Shown: positions 42,437 to 53,864, numbered from the stretch's first letter. The stretch is DNA of 64,000 bases from an uncultured Acidobacteriota bacterium (GCA_963707935.1 CAVPRN010000006.1:6906-70905); one strand, 5' to 3'. Notes: generated by a model not told the origin, from the sequence alone. Program-made: numbers and translations.

Positions 42437-42784
42437 CTATCCGCGCCGCGGCGGACGGCGGCGGCGCGCTCTCTTCGGCGACGGCGATTCTTCGGCCTCG
42501 GCCAGGCGCTTCAAGTTGCCGAGCGCCTCGTCCCACGTGGTCTCGAGCCACCGGCCCAGAAGCCCGAGCTCTCGGCGCCGGGCGGCGTAGTAGTGAAAGC
42601 GCCCCTCTTCGCGCCGCGCGACCAGGCCCGCGGACTCGAGCACGCGCAGGTGCTGCGAGACGGCGCCGAAGCTGACTTCGGGCACCGCGCGGTGGATGTC
42701 GCCCGCCGAGAGCTCCCGGTCCCAGACGAGGCGGAGGATCTGGCGCCGGCGGGGCGCGGCGAGGGCGTCGAAGACGGCGGCCAT
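42437..42784 (-). CDS. ArsR/SmtB-family transcriptional regulator
   Basis: Intact 115-aa ORF. FDALAAPRRRQILRLVWDRELSAGDIHRAVPEVSFGAVSQHLRVLESAGLVARREEGRFHYY. Confidence 0.9.
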   Translation of the reverse strand: MAAVFDALAAPRRRQILRLVWDRELSAGDIHRAVPEVSFGAVSQHLRVLESAGLVARREEGRFHYYAARRRELGLLGRWLETTWDEALGNLKRLAEAEESPSPKRARRRRPPRRG

Positions 42785-42832
42785 TCAATTAATTTAGTTA
42801 TTACTAAAATATTTGTCAAGTATCGTTCTGCC
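42785..42832. promoter_or_regulatory. AT-rich divergent promoter/operator between the arsR-like gene and the aldo-keto reductase
   Basis: CAATTAATTTAGTTATTACTAAAATATTTGTCAAGTATCG. Inverted repeat TTAGT-TATT-ACTAA (42794-42807). TTGTCA is a possible -35 for the plus-strand gene. Confidence 0.45.
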
Positions 42833-43787
42833 GTGAAACGGCGCCGCCTCGGCAGCGCGGATCGGTCGGTCTTCCCGGTCGGCCTCGGGTGCATGGGGTT
42901 CTCGGCCGGCTACCGGGACCCTTCCGTGGGCGAGGCGGCCTCGATCGACGTGATCCGCCACGCGATCGACCTCGGCGTCGACCACTTCGACACGGCGGAC
43001 GTCTACGGCCCCTTCGAGAACGAGTCGCTCGTCGGCCGCGCGCTCGACGGGCAGGCGCGACCGGGTGGTGCTCGCAACGAAGGTCGGGCTCGTCCGCGAG
43101 GACCAGAGCTACCAGTACCGCCGCGACGGCCGGCCGGAATACATCCGGCAGGCGGCGGAGGCCTCGCTCTCCCGGCTCGGTGTCGACGTGATCGACCTCT
43201 ACTACCTCCACCGCATCGACCAGACGGTCTCCCTCGAGGAGACGTGGGGCGCGATGGCGGGACTCGTCGCGGCGGGCAAGGTCCGATTCCTCGGCATCTC
43301 CGAGGCTTCCGTCGCCGAGCTCGACCGCGTCGCGCCCATCCACCCGGTCACCGCGGTCCAGTCGGAGCTCTCGCTCTGGACGCGCGACTACCTGGCCGAC
43401 GTCGTCCCCTGGTGCGCCGCGCACGGGGCGTCGTTCGTCGCCTTCGCGCCGCTCGGCCGCGGATTCCTGACCGGCGCGATCTCGGCGTCGACGCGGTTCG
43501 GTCCGGACGACTTCCGTTCGACGCTGCCCCGCTTCCGACCCGAGTCGGTCGCGGAAAACCAGCGGATCGTCGAAGGCGTCCGCTCGGTCGCACAGCGGCG
43601 CGGCGCGAAGTCCGCCCAGATCGCGCTCGCCTGGGTCCTCGCGCAGGGAGACCACGTCCTCGCGATCCCCGGCACGCAGCGCCGGTCGTACCTCGAGCAG
43701 AACGTCGCGGCTGCCTCGCTCGACCTCGACGCGGCGGAGCGCGCGCAGCTCGACGCGATCCCGGCGCCGGTCGGCGGACGGTACTGA
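42833..43787 (+). pseudogene. aldo-keto reductase; one frame change near 43060
   Basis: GTG 42833. VKRRRLGSADRSVFPVGLGCMGFS...HFDTADVYGPFENESLVGRAL (frame of ORF 42593..). Then VVLATKVG...IDLYYLHRID...RFLGISEAS...QSELSLW...AFAPLGRGFLTG (ORF 43065..43787). Confidence 0.88.
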
Positions 43788-43897
43788 GTCGCCCTGGAAT
43801 CGGCTCGGCCACGAACGGCGTATTTGCCGGTGCGCGCCGAGACGGGCGCGCGGTCGCCGGGCCAGGACCGTCGCCGGCCCAACCACCGAGGAGTCCC

Positions 43898-44794
43898 ATG
43901 GCAACCGCCGTTTCCCGAACCGCCAAACGCGCCATCCACGGCATTTATCCGGCCCCCGCGCCGCACTGGGTCGGGGACGGATTCCGGGTGCGCGGCTACT
44001 TCTCGGCCATCCCGAACGCGGAGCGCCGGCTCTCCCCCTTTCTGCTCCTCGACTACGGCGCTCCCTACGACTACCCGCCGACCGAGGACATGCGGCGCGG
44101 CGTCGGCCCGCATCCGCACCGAGGATTCGAGACCGTGACAATCGCCTTCCAGGGGAGTGTCGCGCACCACGACAGCACCGGCCAGGGAGGGGTCATCGGG
44201 CCGGGCGACGTGCAGTGGATGACGGCCGCCTCGGGCATCCTGCACCGCGAATACCACGAGGCGAGCTACGCGCGTCGGGGAGGCCCGATGCAGATGGCGC
44301 AGATCTGGGTGAACCTGCCCCGGGCGCACAAGATGGATCCGCCCGGATACCAGGCGCTCACCGCCGACCGCATGGGCCTCGCGAAGCTGCCCGACGGAAA
44401 GGGCGTCGTGCGCGTCATCGCGGGCGAGCACGACGGAGTCCGGGGCCCGGCCAAGACGTTCACGCCGGTCCGCCTCTTCGACGTCTCTCTCGCGAAGGGA
44501 GGACGCGCCGACTTCTCCTTTCCGGAGCGCGAGAACACCGCGCTCCTCGTGATGAAGGGCGAGGTTCTCGTCAACGGGCGCGAGGCGAAGACCGACGACT
44601 TCGTGCTCTTCGAGAACGAGGGGGAGCTCGTCTCGATCGAGGCGGTATCCGAGGCGCAGCTGCTGCTTCTCAATGGGGAGCCGATCGACGAGCCCGTCGT
44701 CTCCTACGGCCCGTTCGTCATGAACACGCGGCAGGAGATCGCGCAGGCGATCGAGGATTTCGACGGGGGCAAGTTCGGCCACCTCGAAGACTGA
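43898..44794 (+). CDS. pirin-family protein
   Basis: In-frame ATG 43898 in ORF 42593..44794. GFRVRGYF...LLLDYGAPY...GVGPHPHRGFETVTIAFQGSVAHHDSTG...VQWMTAASGILHRE...QIWVNLP. Confidence 0.9.
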   Translation: MATAVSRTAKRAIHGIYPAPAPHWVGDGFRVRGYFSAIPNAERRLSPFLLLDYGAPYDYPPTEDMRRGVGPHPHRGFETVTIAFQGSVAHHDSTGQGGVIGPGDVQWMTAASGILHREYHEASYARRGGPMQMAQIWVNLPRAHKMDPPGYQALTADRMGLAKLPDGKGVVRVIAGEHDGVRGPAKTFTPVRLFDVSLAKGGRADFSFPERENTALLVMKGEVLVNGREAKTDDFVLFENEGELVSIEAVSEAQLLLLNGEPIDEPVVSYGPFVMNTRQEIAQAIEDFDGGKFGHLED

Positions 44795-44893
44795 CGACGG
44801 AGCGGGGACGAACGCAGGGTCCGCGCCGCCGAAGCCCGGTTCCCGCGGGGCCGGGCCCCCTCTCCGCGCGCGGGCGTACGATCGCCGCGGAGG

Positions 44894-45427
44894 ATGATCA
44901 TGAGATTCATCGGCCTCGCGGTCGCGACGCTTCTCTCGGCCGCTCCCGGCATCGCCGAAACGCCGACCACGTCCGCCGCCGCCGCGCTCGCGAAGATCCG
45001 CGGCCTCGCCGGAGAGTGGTCCGGAACCTACGAGTGGAGCGGCGCGCAAACGGGAGGCGGCACGCTGACCGTCCAGTACTCCCTGACGGCGCGCGGCTCG
45101 GCCGTCACCGAGACGCTCATCCAGGAGAGCGAGCCGACGATGATGAGCGTTTATCACCTCGACGGCGGCGACCTGCGCATGACGCACTACTGCGGCGCGC
45201 GGAATCAGCCGCGGCTCAAGGCTTCGCGGATCGACCCGGACCGCGGCGAGATCGACTTCGCGTTCGTGGACGTCACGAATCTCGCCTCGCCCACGGCCGG
45301 GCACGTGCACGGCGCCCACCTCCGGATGCCCGACCCGGACCACCTGACGATCGTGTTCGACTTCCTCGCGGGAGAGAAGAGGAGCACCGAGCGCATCGAG
45401 CTGAAGCGCGGCGCGCCGAAGGCCTGA
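44894..45427 (+). CDS. secreted beta-barrel-like protein of unknown function (DUF1579-like)
   Basis: Intact 177-aa ORF. Signal peptide MIMRFIGLAVATLLSAAPGIA. MMSVYHLDGGDLRMTHYCGARNQPRL. Family assignment is tentative. Confidence 0.6.
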   Translation: MIMRFIGLAVATLLSAAPGIAETPTTSAAAALAKIRGLAGEWSGTYEWSGAQTGGGTLTVQYSLTARGSAVTETLIQESEPTMMSVYHLDGGDLRMTHYCGARNQPRLKASRIDPDRGEIDFAFVDVTNLASPTAGHVHGAHLRMPDPDHLTIVFDFLAGEKRSTERIELKRGAPKA

Positions 45428-45433
45428 CCCGGC

Positions 45434-47071
45434 CTAGCCTCCCGCGGCGAGGAGCCGCCGCGCCTCCGCGAGCTCGGGCCGGCTCGAGCCCGACGTGCAC
45501 TGGGCGACGAGCCGCGAGGAGAGATCGCGGGCGAGGTCCGGCTTGCCGGTGAGCGCGGCCGCCCGCGCCGCGCTGGAGAGGCTGTTGAAGCGGTTGGGCG
45601 CCTCGCGCAGCGACGCCTGGTACTCGGCGAGGGCCTCCGAAGGCCGCCCCATTTCGAGGAGCATGTCGCCCAGGAGTTCGCGGGCGGGCAGCGGCACGCC
45701 GGGCGTGACGGCGTGCTTGCCGGTCTTCTCCTCGAGCTCCGCGGCGGACCTCGCGAGCCGCAGGGCTTCGTCGTTTTTCTTCTCGCCGTAAGCGATCCAG
45801 GCCTGCGCGGCCAGGCGCATCGATTCGACCTGCGACGCCCAGTCGTAAGGGCCCGGGACCGGATTCTTCCGAAGAGCCGCCTGAATCCCTTCGAGCTCCG
45901 CGACGGCGGCTCGCGCCCGCTCGGGCTCCCCACTCCGCGCCGCGCCGAGCGCCCGCGCGTACCAGGTGATCGCCGGCGCGTAGGACATGTTCCGCCACGG
46001 GAGCTCCGCCGTCGAGGGCTCGAGCGACGACGCCGCCTTCCAGTCGCGCTGCTCGAGCGCGAAGCGGGCCGGGACGGCCGCGATCGCGTAGCCGGCCGCG
46101 ATGTTCCTCGGTTCGTCGAACGTCTTCGCGGCCGCAGCCTCCTCGAGCGCCCGGCGCGCCCCGTCGGCGTCGCCCACCTGGAGGTAGGCGTACTCGAGGT
46201 AATCGAGCGCGTGGAGCGCGTCGAAGGACGCCGCGCCCGGATGCCGCTTCGCGACCAGCCGCCGCGCCGCGTCGGCCGAGGCGAGGTTCGAGTCGATCGA
46301 CTCCCGCCACAGCCCGAGCCGCGTGAAGATGTGCGACGGCATGTGGAGCGCGTGCGGCGAGGAGGGCGCGATCTTCGCGTAGGCGCGCGCGGCCGGGAGC
46401 GCCTCGGCGGCGAGCGCCGGGTAGTCGAAGGCGTGGATCATGTAGTGCGCGATCCCGGGGTGCTGCGGCTCCTGCGGAAGCAGGTCGTTCAAGATCTTCG
46501 CCGCGCGCTTCTGCTCGGCGTACGTCGGGTCGTTCTCGGGCGCCGTCGCCCGGATCTCGAGGGCGTAGAAGATCGCGGCTTCGTGATCCTCGGGCAGGCG
46601 CCGCGAGAGATCTCCGAGGGCGGTCTCGTACGCCTCCGCGCGCGCGTCGTAGGGAGTCCGCTCGGAGTCGCGGTAGAAGGTTCCGATCGCGGCGATGTAG
46701 CCGCGCTCGCGCTCCGTCTTCGCCCCGAGCTCTTCGGCCTTCTTCGCGGCGGCCCGCCCCGCGGCGAGCTCCGCGGGGGTCGGCGGCGCCCAGATCGGGT
46801 GATACCAGGTCATCGCGACGCCCCAGGACGCCATCCCGCAGGAGGGGTCCTTCGCGGCGACCTCTTCGAAAGCCCGCCGCGATTCCTCGTAGCCGAAAGA
46901 GTGCAGGAGCGCCACGGCGCGCGTGAACAAGGCGTCCACCCCCCGGCACGACGTCGGGAAGTGGACGGTCCCGAGGGATTCGGCCTCTCCATGGGCGTGG
47001 GAGTGCTCCTGCCCGGGCGCCGGAGGCGCGAGGAGGAGGGCGGCGGCGACTCCGATTCCGAGGACTCTCAT
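45434..47071 (-). CDS. secreted helical-repeat (TPR-like) protein of unknown function
   Basis: ORF 45434..47209; likely start is Met47 (MRVLGIGVAAALLLAPPAPG, ATG 47071) behind GGAGGA. His-rich mature N-terminus QEHSHAHGE. TPR-like helices throughout. Confidence 0.7.
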   Translation of the reverse strand: MRVLGIGVAAALLLAPPAPGQEHSHAHGEAESLGTVHFPTSCRGVDALFTRAVALLHSFGYEESRRAFEEVAAKDPSCGMASWGVAMTWYHPIWAPPTPAELAAGRAAAKKAEELGAKTERERGYIAAIGTFYRDSERTPYDARAEAYETALGDLSRRLPEDHEAAIFYALEIRATAPENDPTYAEQKRAAKILNDLLPQEPQHPGIAHYMIHAFDYPALAAEALPAARAYAKIAPSSPHALHMPSHIFTRLGLWRESIDSNLASADAARRLVAKRHPGAASFDALHALDYLEYAYLQVGDADGARRALEEAAAAKTFDEPRNIAAGYAIAAVPARFALEQRDWKAASSLEPSTAELPWRNMSYAPAITWYARALGAARSGEPERARAAVAELEGIQAALRKNPVPGPYDWASQVESMRLAAQAWIAYGEKKNDEALRLARSAAELEEKTGKHAVTPGVPLPARELLGDMLLEMGRPSEALAEYQASLREAPNRFNSLSSAARAAALTGKPDLARDLSSRLVAQCTSGSSRPELAEARRLLAAGG

Positions 47072-47251
47072 CGCGGTTCCTCCAACGAATGCCAGGAATA
47101 GACTCGGGCCTTCCGTCACGCAGCGGCGGCGTCTCGTCATGGACCGGGCCGCTTGAACCCGTTCCACTTCGAAATACCAAACTCTGGCTCGAAGGATTCG
47201 TAGAATCACTCGGCTGACGGGCGGATGCCTGTCGCCCTCGAAGGAGGAAGC

Positions 47252-49344
47252 GTGGCCAGAAATTCTTACCGCTCAATGGTTCGCCTCGTTCCGGCGGCCG
47301 CGGCCGCCGTGCTCGCCCTCGGCATCTCGGGGGGATCGGAGACGGCGACTTCGCCGCCGCCCCCGGCCAACGACGTCTCGAAGGTTTCGGACCGCACCCT
47401 CGACTTGGCGGGCATGGACACGGCGACGCAAGCCTGCAGCGACTTCTACCAGTATGGAAACGGCACCTGGCTCGCGAACAACCCGATCCCGCCGGATCGC
47501 CCGCGCTGGGGCTCCTTCGACGAGCTCCGCCAGAAGAACCTCGACAATCTCCACGGGATCCTCGACCGTCTCGCGGCGGACAAGTCGGCTCCGGCCGGGT
47601 CGGACGAGCGCAAGCTCGGCGACTTCTACGGCGCCTGCATGGACGAAGCGGCGATCGAGACGAAGGGCCTCTCGCCGATCGAGCCCGAGCTCGCGAAGAT
47701 CGACGCGATCCGGGACCTCGCGGGGCTCCGCGCCGAGATCACGCGCCTCCAGAAGATGGGCGTCAACGCCCTCTTCACTTTCGGCTCCGAGGAGGATCGC
47801 AAGGACTCCTCGCGGGTGATCGCCGCGCTGCTGCAGGCGGGCCTGGGGCTGCCCGACCGCGACTACTACACCAAGACCGACGAGAAGTCGGTCGAGCTCC
47901 GCAAGAAGTACGTCGCCCACGTGCAGAAGATGCTCGAGCTCGCCGGGTCTCCTTCGGCGAAGGCCGCCGCCGACGCGAAGGCGATCCTGGACCTCGAGAC
48001 GAAGCTCGCGCAGGCGTCCATGAACAACGTGGACTTCCGCGACCCGGACAAGACCCACCACCCGATGACGATCGCCGCGTTCTCGCAGGCGACGCCGAAC
48101 CTCGGGTGGGAGGCCTACTTCACGGACCAGGGCCTCCCGGCGTCGACTGCCGCTGAACGTCTGGCAGCCCGATTTCTTCAAGGCCGCGAACGGCCTGGTG
48201 AAGTCCGAGCCGCTCCCGCTCTGGAAGACCTACCTGCGCTGGCACCTGCTCGCCGCCGCGGCGCCGACGCTCTCGAAGAAGTTCGTGGACGAGAATTTCG
48301 ACTTCTACGGCAAGACGCTCTCCGGGACGCCCGAGAACCAGCCGCGCTGGAAGCGCTGCGTGACCGCGACGGACAACGCGATGGGGATGGCCCTCGGGCG
48401 GATCTACGTGAAGGAGTACTTTCCGCCCGAGGCGAAGAAGCGCGCCGACGAGCTCGTCCAGAACCTGCTCCTCGCCCTGAAGGACGACATCCAGACCCTC
48501 GACTGGATGAGCGATGCGACGAAGAAGGCCGCGGCCGAGAAGGTCGCGACGTTCTATCCGAAGATCGGCTATCCCGCGAAGTGGCGCGATTACTCGACGC
48601 TCACGATCACGCCCGGCGCCTACGCGACCGACGCGCTCGCGGCCGCCGAGTTCGAGTGGAAGCGGGACGCCGCCAAGATCGGAAAGCCCGTGGACCGCAA
48701 CGACTTCGGCATGACGCCGCCCACGGTCAACGCCTACTACAACGCGGCGAAGAACGAGATCGTGTTTCCGGCCGGGATCTTCCAGCCCCCCTTCTTCTAC
48801 GCGGAAGGGGATGACGCCATCAACTACGGCGCGATCGGCGGCGTGATCGGCCACGAGATCATCCACGGGTTCGACAACTCGGGGCGCAAGTACGACGCCA
48901 AGGGAAACCAGGTGGACTGGTGGACGGCGGAGGACGGCAAGAACTTCGACGAGCGCGCCAAGTGCATCATCACCGCAGTACGACGGGTTCTACGTCGAGA
49001 AGGACGTGCACGAAAACGGCGAGCTCGTCCAGGGCGAGGCGATCGCGGACCTGGGCGGCCTGACGATCGCCTATCGGGCGTACCAGATGAGCTTGAAGGG
49101 CAAGCCCGCGCCGGCGCCGATCGCCGGCCTGACCGGAGACCAGCGCTTCTTCGTCGCGAACGCCCGCATCTGGGCGTCGAACCACCGGCCGGAGTTCGCG
49201 CGTCTGATGGCGGCGACCAACGAGCACGCCCTCGGCAAGTTCCGCTCGATCGGAACGGTCTCCAACATGCCCGAGTTCGCGAAGGCGTTCGGTTGCCGTC
49301 CCGACGCGGCGATGGTGAAAGCGGAGCGCTGCCAGATCTGGTGA
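47252..49344 (+). pseudogene. M13-family zinc metallopeptidase (PepO/neprilysin-like), secreted; 2 frame changes (about 48150 and 48975)
   Basis: GTG 47252 sits 4 nt after AAGGAGGA. CSDFYQYGNGTWL. NAYYNAAKNEIVFPAGIFQPPFF...GAIGGVIGHEIIHGFD (HExxH). GEAIADLGG. RFFVANARIW...NMPEFAKAFGC...CQIW-stop. Pieces lie in ORFs 47225.., 48198.. and 49006..49344. Confidence 0.88.
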
Positions 49345-49391
49345 AGTGATTTCTCCGGAGGGCGGGCGCATCCCGCCCTCCGGGCCGTCTG

Positions 49392-50355
49392 CTACCGGGC
49401 CGGTCTCTCTCCGGCGCCCGGGCCCTTCTCCGGCGGCGTTCCCGCCGGCGCGGCCGCGAGCCGCGGCGCGAGGGGATTGCGCCGCGCGCGCCGCAGGAGC
49501 GCGGCCAGGGCGCCGATCAGGATCCCCCACGGCAGCACGTAGAAGATCGCGACCAGGAAGGCCGCGAGCGACCGCGACAGGATCGCGATCGAATTGCGCA
49601 GCGCCTCGCGCAGCGGCTCGAAGGCCGACGGCCGCGCGACGCTCTCGGGCTCGGCCAGATCGGCCGAGATCGTCGAGAAGGCGACCTGCCGCTCGTACCA
49701 GCGCCGCTCCCCCTCCATCGTCTCGATCTCTCCGACCAGGCTCGAGAGCTCCTTCTCGGCCGCGAGGACGTCGGAGAGCTTCGCGGTCCGGTTTCGCAGG
49801 AGCTCCCGCACCCGCAGAGCGGCGTCGCGCTTGACGCGCAGGCGCGTCTCGAGATCGGCATAGGCCTTCGTGACGTCCTGCACGGAGACGTGCTCGGATC
49901 GCACCGAGCCGAGCGCGCGGAGGGCGCGCCGCGCCGCCTCGAAGTCGGCCGCCCGAACCCGGAGAACGAGCGTGCCGCGGCGGCGCTGCCCCTCGCCGCC
50001 CGACTGCGAGTCCGCCACGTAGCCGCCGAACCCGCGCGCGACCTCCTCCGCCCGGCGGGCCGCCTCGTCGAAGCGGGACGACCTCGATCGAGACCTCGGC
50101 GTTCCGGATGAGCTTCTGCGCGGCTTCGAGCTCCTCGAGCCGGAGGTGCTCCGGCAGGGATGCATCGGCCGGGGACTCGGCGGACTGCGCCGGCGCGGGA
50201 GCGGGCGAGCCGACGAGCTGGCCCGCGAAGGCCGTCGTGCCCCCCGTGAAGGCCGCGAGCCGTTCGAGGCGCGCCCTCCGCGAGCAAGCGGGAGCCGCGG
50301 CGATCGCCGCCGCGGCGACCGCTGCCGCCAGGACGCGCCGGTACTTCTCGCTCAT
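49392..50355 (-). pseudogene. DUF4349-domain lipoprotein; one frame change near 50090
   Basis: MSEKYRRVLAAAVAAAAIAAAPAC (lipobox) ...LIRNAEVSIEV in the frame of ORF 48970..51054. Then FDEAARRAEEVARGFGGYVADSQ...LRVRAADFEAA...DVTKAYADLETRL... and C-terminal TM helices in ORF 49392..50165. Confidence 0.75.
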
Positions 50356-50442
50356 CGGGCGTGCAAGACACCGGCGCGGGGCATCCGGTTCCGAAATTCG
50401 AGGAGTAGATTCCGGCTCGGAAGGGGACCCGAGGAGGACGCC

Positions 50443-50943
50443 ATGAATCCGACGCCCCAGGACATCGCAAAGCTCTTCGCCTACACGCGCTGGGCCAGCG
50501 AAAAGGCCCTCGACTCCGTCGAGCCGCTGACCGAGGAGGAATTCCGAAAGCCGGTCGGCGGGAGCTTCGGCTCCGTGCACGGCACGCTCGCGCACCTCTA
50601 CGGAGCGGACTCCGTCTGGTTCGAGCGCTGGAACGGCCGGTCGCCGCGCGCGATGCCGGATCCGGAATCGGTTCCGACGGTCGCCGCTCTGCGCCGGGAG
50701 TGGAGCCGCATCCAGGAGCAGCAGAGAAAGTTCGTCGAGAAGCTGACGCCCGAGCGGATCGGCGGGGAGCTTCGCTACGAGGGTTTCGACGGCAAGCCCT
50801 TCCGGCGCGTGTTCGGAGACGCGCTCGTCCACCTCGTCAACCACGGCACCTATCACCGCGGCCAGGTCGCGACCCTGCTGCGCCAGCTCGGAAAGAAGGC
50901 GATCCCGACGGACTACCTGCGTTACGTGGATGCCGTCGGATGA
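50443..50943 (+). CDS. DinB-family four-helix-bundle protein
   Basis: In-frame ATG 50443 of ORF 50146..50943. LFAYTRWASEKALDSV...SVHGTLAHLYGADSVWFERW...LVHLVNHGTYHRGQVATLLRQLG. Confidence 0.85.
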   Translation: MNPTPQDIAKLFAYTRWASEKALDSVEPLTEEEFRKPVGGSFGSVHGTLAHLYGADSVWFERWNGRSPRAMPDPESVPTVAALRREWSRIQEQQRKFVEKLTPERIGGELRYEGFDGKPFRRVFGDALVHLVNHGTYHRGQVATLLRQLGKKAIPTDYLRYVDAVG

Positions 50944-52222
50944 TCGACGGCGCACCGACCGTCTTCGTCTCGGCCGGCCTGCGCACCCCCTTCGTCCGCG
51001 TGGACGGACCGCTCGCGGCGCGCGACTCTCTGACGCTCTCCGTCCCCGTCGCACAGGCGATGGCGGGGCGAGTCTCCGGCCCGATCGATTTCGCGGTCTG
51101 GGGAAGCGTCATCCCGAACCTCGCCTACAGCAACCTCGCCCGCGAGGTGTGGCTCGAGGCCGGGCTCGACCCGCACGTGCCGAGCTTCACGACGATCCTG
51201 CAGTGCTCGACGAGCATGGCCGGCGTCTTCCAGGCCGCGGGGCTGCTCCGCCCCGGCGGGCCGTCGCTCGCTCTCGTCGGCGGGGTCGAAGCGATGAGCC
51301 GCGTCCAGATCGGCCTCGGGCAGAACCTCTCGGACGGTTTGCGGCGGGTGATGCAGGCGAAGGGCCTCGGCCGGCGCTTCGCCGCGACGCGGGCGCTCCG
51401 GCTCTCCGACCTGCGCCTCTATCTCCCCGAGATCAAGAACCGCTCCACCGGCAAGAGCATGGGAGAGCACTGCGAGGAGATGGCGAAGACCTGGGGGATC
51501 GGCCGGCGCGAGCAGGACGAAGCTCGCGCTCGCAGAGCCACCGGCGCACGCTCGCCGCGCGGGAGCGCGGCTTCTTCCGCGACCAGATCCTCGAGGTGGA
51601 CGGCGTCTCGCAGGACGCATTCCCCCGGCCCGACACGTCGCTCGAGAAGCTCGCGGCCCTGAAGCCCGCCTTCGACAGGACGAGCGGCCGCGGCACGATC
51701 ACCGCGGGCAACAGCTCCCCGCTGACCGACGGCGCGGCGGGCGTCTGGGTCGCGAACGAAGAGGGGCTCCCGCGCCTGCCCGCCTCCGCGCCGCGGGCGC
51801 GCCTCCTCGACTTCGAGATGGCCGCCGTCGACCTCTTCCACGAGGGCCTGCTCATGGCGCCCGTCCCGGCGATCGCGCGGATGCTGTCGCGCCGGAACCT
51901 CCGCTTCGACGACGTGGCGCTCTGGGAGCTCCACGAGGCCTTCGCCGCGCAGGTGCTCTGCAACATCGCGGGGCTCGAAGACGCGGCCTACGTGCGCGAG
52001 AAGACCGGCCTCCCCCACACTTTCGGGCCGTTCCCGCGGGACCGCGTGAACCCCAACGGCGGATCGATCGCGATCGGCCATCCGTTCGGCGCGACGGGCG
52101 CGCGCATCCTGACGCACGCGATCCACGAGCTCGCGGCGATGCCGGCCGGAAGCCGCGCCGTCGTCTCGATCTGCGCCGACGGCGGCGAGGGAACGGTCGC
52201 CCTTCTCGAGCGCGGCGCGTGA
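50940..52222 (+). pseudogene. acetyl-CoA C-acyltransferase (thiolase); one frame change near 51520
   Basis: ATG 50940 overlaps the dinB-like stop (ATGA). Active-site Cys context ILQCSTSMAGV (ORF 50700..). Then GTITAGNSSPLTDGAAG, WELHEAFAAQVL, NPNGGSIAIGHPFGATGAR, ICADGGEG (ORF 50930..52222). Confidence 0.88.
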
Positions 52223-53864
52223 GATCGCGGCTCGGGACGGGCTTCCCGCGTCGCCCGCTGATGTCCTCCCGGGGGCCCTGCGACGAAGCGATCCCTTTCG
52301 AGGCCGGGACCGCAGCTCCCTGCTCCCGCAACGCCCGCCCCTGGGTGCTCGCCGCGACGGTCCTCGGATCGAGCATGGCGTTCGTGGACGGCACGGTCGT
52401 CAACGTGTCGCTGCCGCAGATCCAGACGCGCCTCGGAGCGTCGGGCACCGGCGCGCAGTGGATCGTCGAGGCGTACGCCCTCCTCTTCTCCTCCCTCATC
52501 CTGGTCGGCGGCTCGCTCGGAGACCGGCTGGGAAGGCGGCGCGTATTCATCTCGGGCGTCGCGCTCTTCGCTCTCGCCTCCGCCGCCTGCGCCGCGGCGG
52601 GGAGCGTCGACGCGCTCGTCGCCGCGCGGGCCCTCCAGGGGGTCGGCGCGGCGCTCCTCGTCCCGAACAGCCTCGCGATCCTGGGCGCCGCCTTTCCGCC
52701 GGCCGAGCGCGGGCGCGCGATCGGCGCCTGGTCCGCCTTCACCTCGGTCGCGATGGCGATCGGACCGCTCCTCGGCGGCTGGCTCGTCCAAGCGATCTCC
52801 TGGCGCGCGGCTTTCCTGATCAACTTGCCGGCGGCGATCGCGGTCGTGGGGATCGCCCTCGCAAAAGTCCCCGAGACGCGGGAGGCGGCGGGGCGTCCCT
52901 TGGACGTCCGCGGCGCGGTCGTCGTGACGCTCGGACTCGCCGGCCTGATCTACGGCCTGATCGCCTCGGCCGACCGCGGCGGGAAAGACCCGCGGGTCGT
53001 CGCGTCGCTCGCGGCCGGCGCGCTCTTCCTCGCGGCATTCGTCTTTGTCGAGCGGCGGAGCCCGCATCCGATGATCCCGCCGTCGCTCTTCCGCGTCCGG
53101 ACCTTCCTCGCGGCGAACCTCCTGACGCTCTTCCTCTACGCCGCCCTCGGCGCGGGGCTCTATTTCCTCGCCTTCGACCTGATCCAGGCCCAGGGATTCA
53201 CGCCCGCCGCCGCCGGCGCCGCCGTCATGCCGCTCATCGTCTTCACCTTCGCGCTCTCGCGCTGGTCGGGAGGCCTCGCCGACCGGATCGGCGCGCGCCG
53301 GCCGCTCGTCTTCGGGCCCGCGATCGCCGCCGCCGGCTTCGCGCTGCTCGCGATCCCCGGAGCCGGCGCGACGTACTGGGACGGGCTTCTTCCCCGGCCT
53401 CTCGGCGATCGGCCTCGGCCTGGCCGTGACCGTGGCGCCGCTGACTTCCGTCGTTCTCGGCTCCGTTCCGGCCGGCGATACCGGCACCGCGTCCGGCGTC
53501 AACAACGCCGTGGCGCGCGTCGCGGGCCTGCTCGCGATCGCCGCCCTCGGAATTCTCTTCGCCGCCGTCTTCCACCGGACGCTCGACCGGCGCCTCGGCG
53601 TCCGGCGGACGTCTCCGAGGCGACCCGCGAGCACCTGCGCGCCGAGAGCGCGAAGCTCGGCGCCGCCCGGCCGCCCGGCGGACGCCGGCGAGACGGAAGC
53701 GCGCGCTCGTCGAGCAGTCGGTCCGAGTCGGCCGTCGCCGCGTCGTTCCGCGTCGTGACGCTCGCCTGCGCGGCGCTCGCGCTCCTCGCCTCGGCCTGCG
53801 CGGCCTGGGGAGTCGAAGGCGGCGATCGCGAGCCGGTCCGCGGCGCGCGAGAGCCGCCGCCTGA
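52219..53864 (+). pseudogene. MFS transporter, DHA2 family; at least 2 frame changes, 3' end uncertain
   Basis: GTG 52219 overlaps the thiolase stop (GTGA). LGSSMAFVDGTVVNVSLPQIQ, GGSLGDRLGRRRVFISGVALFALASAACA, ARALQGVGAALLVPNSLAILG. TVAPLTSVVLGSVPAGDTGTASGVNNAVARVAGLL is in ORF 53426... The original frame runs on with poor codon bias to 54078. 53864 is the first stop in an alternative frame. Confidence 0.75.
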
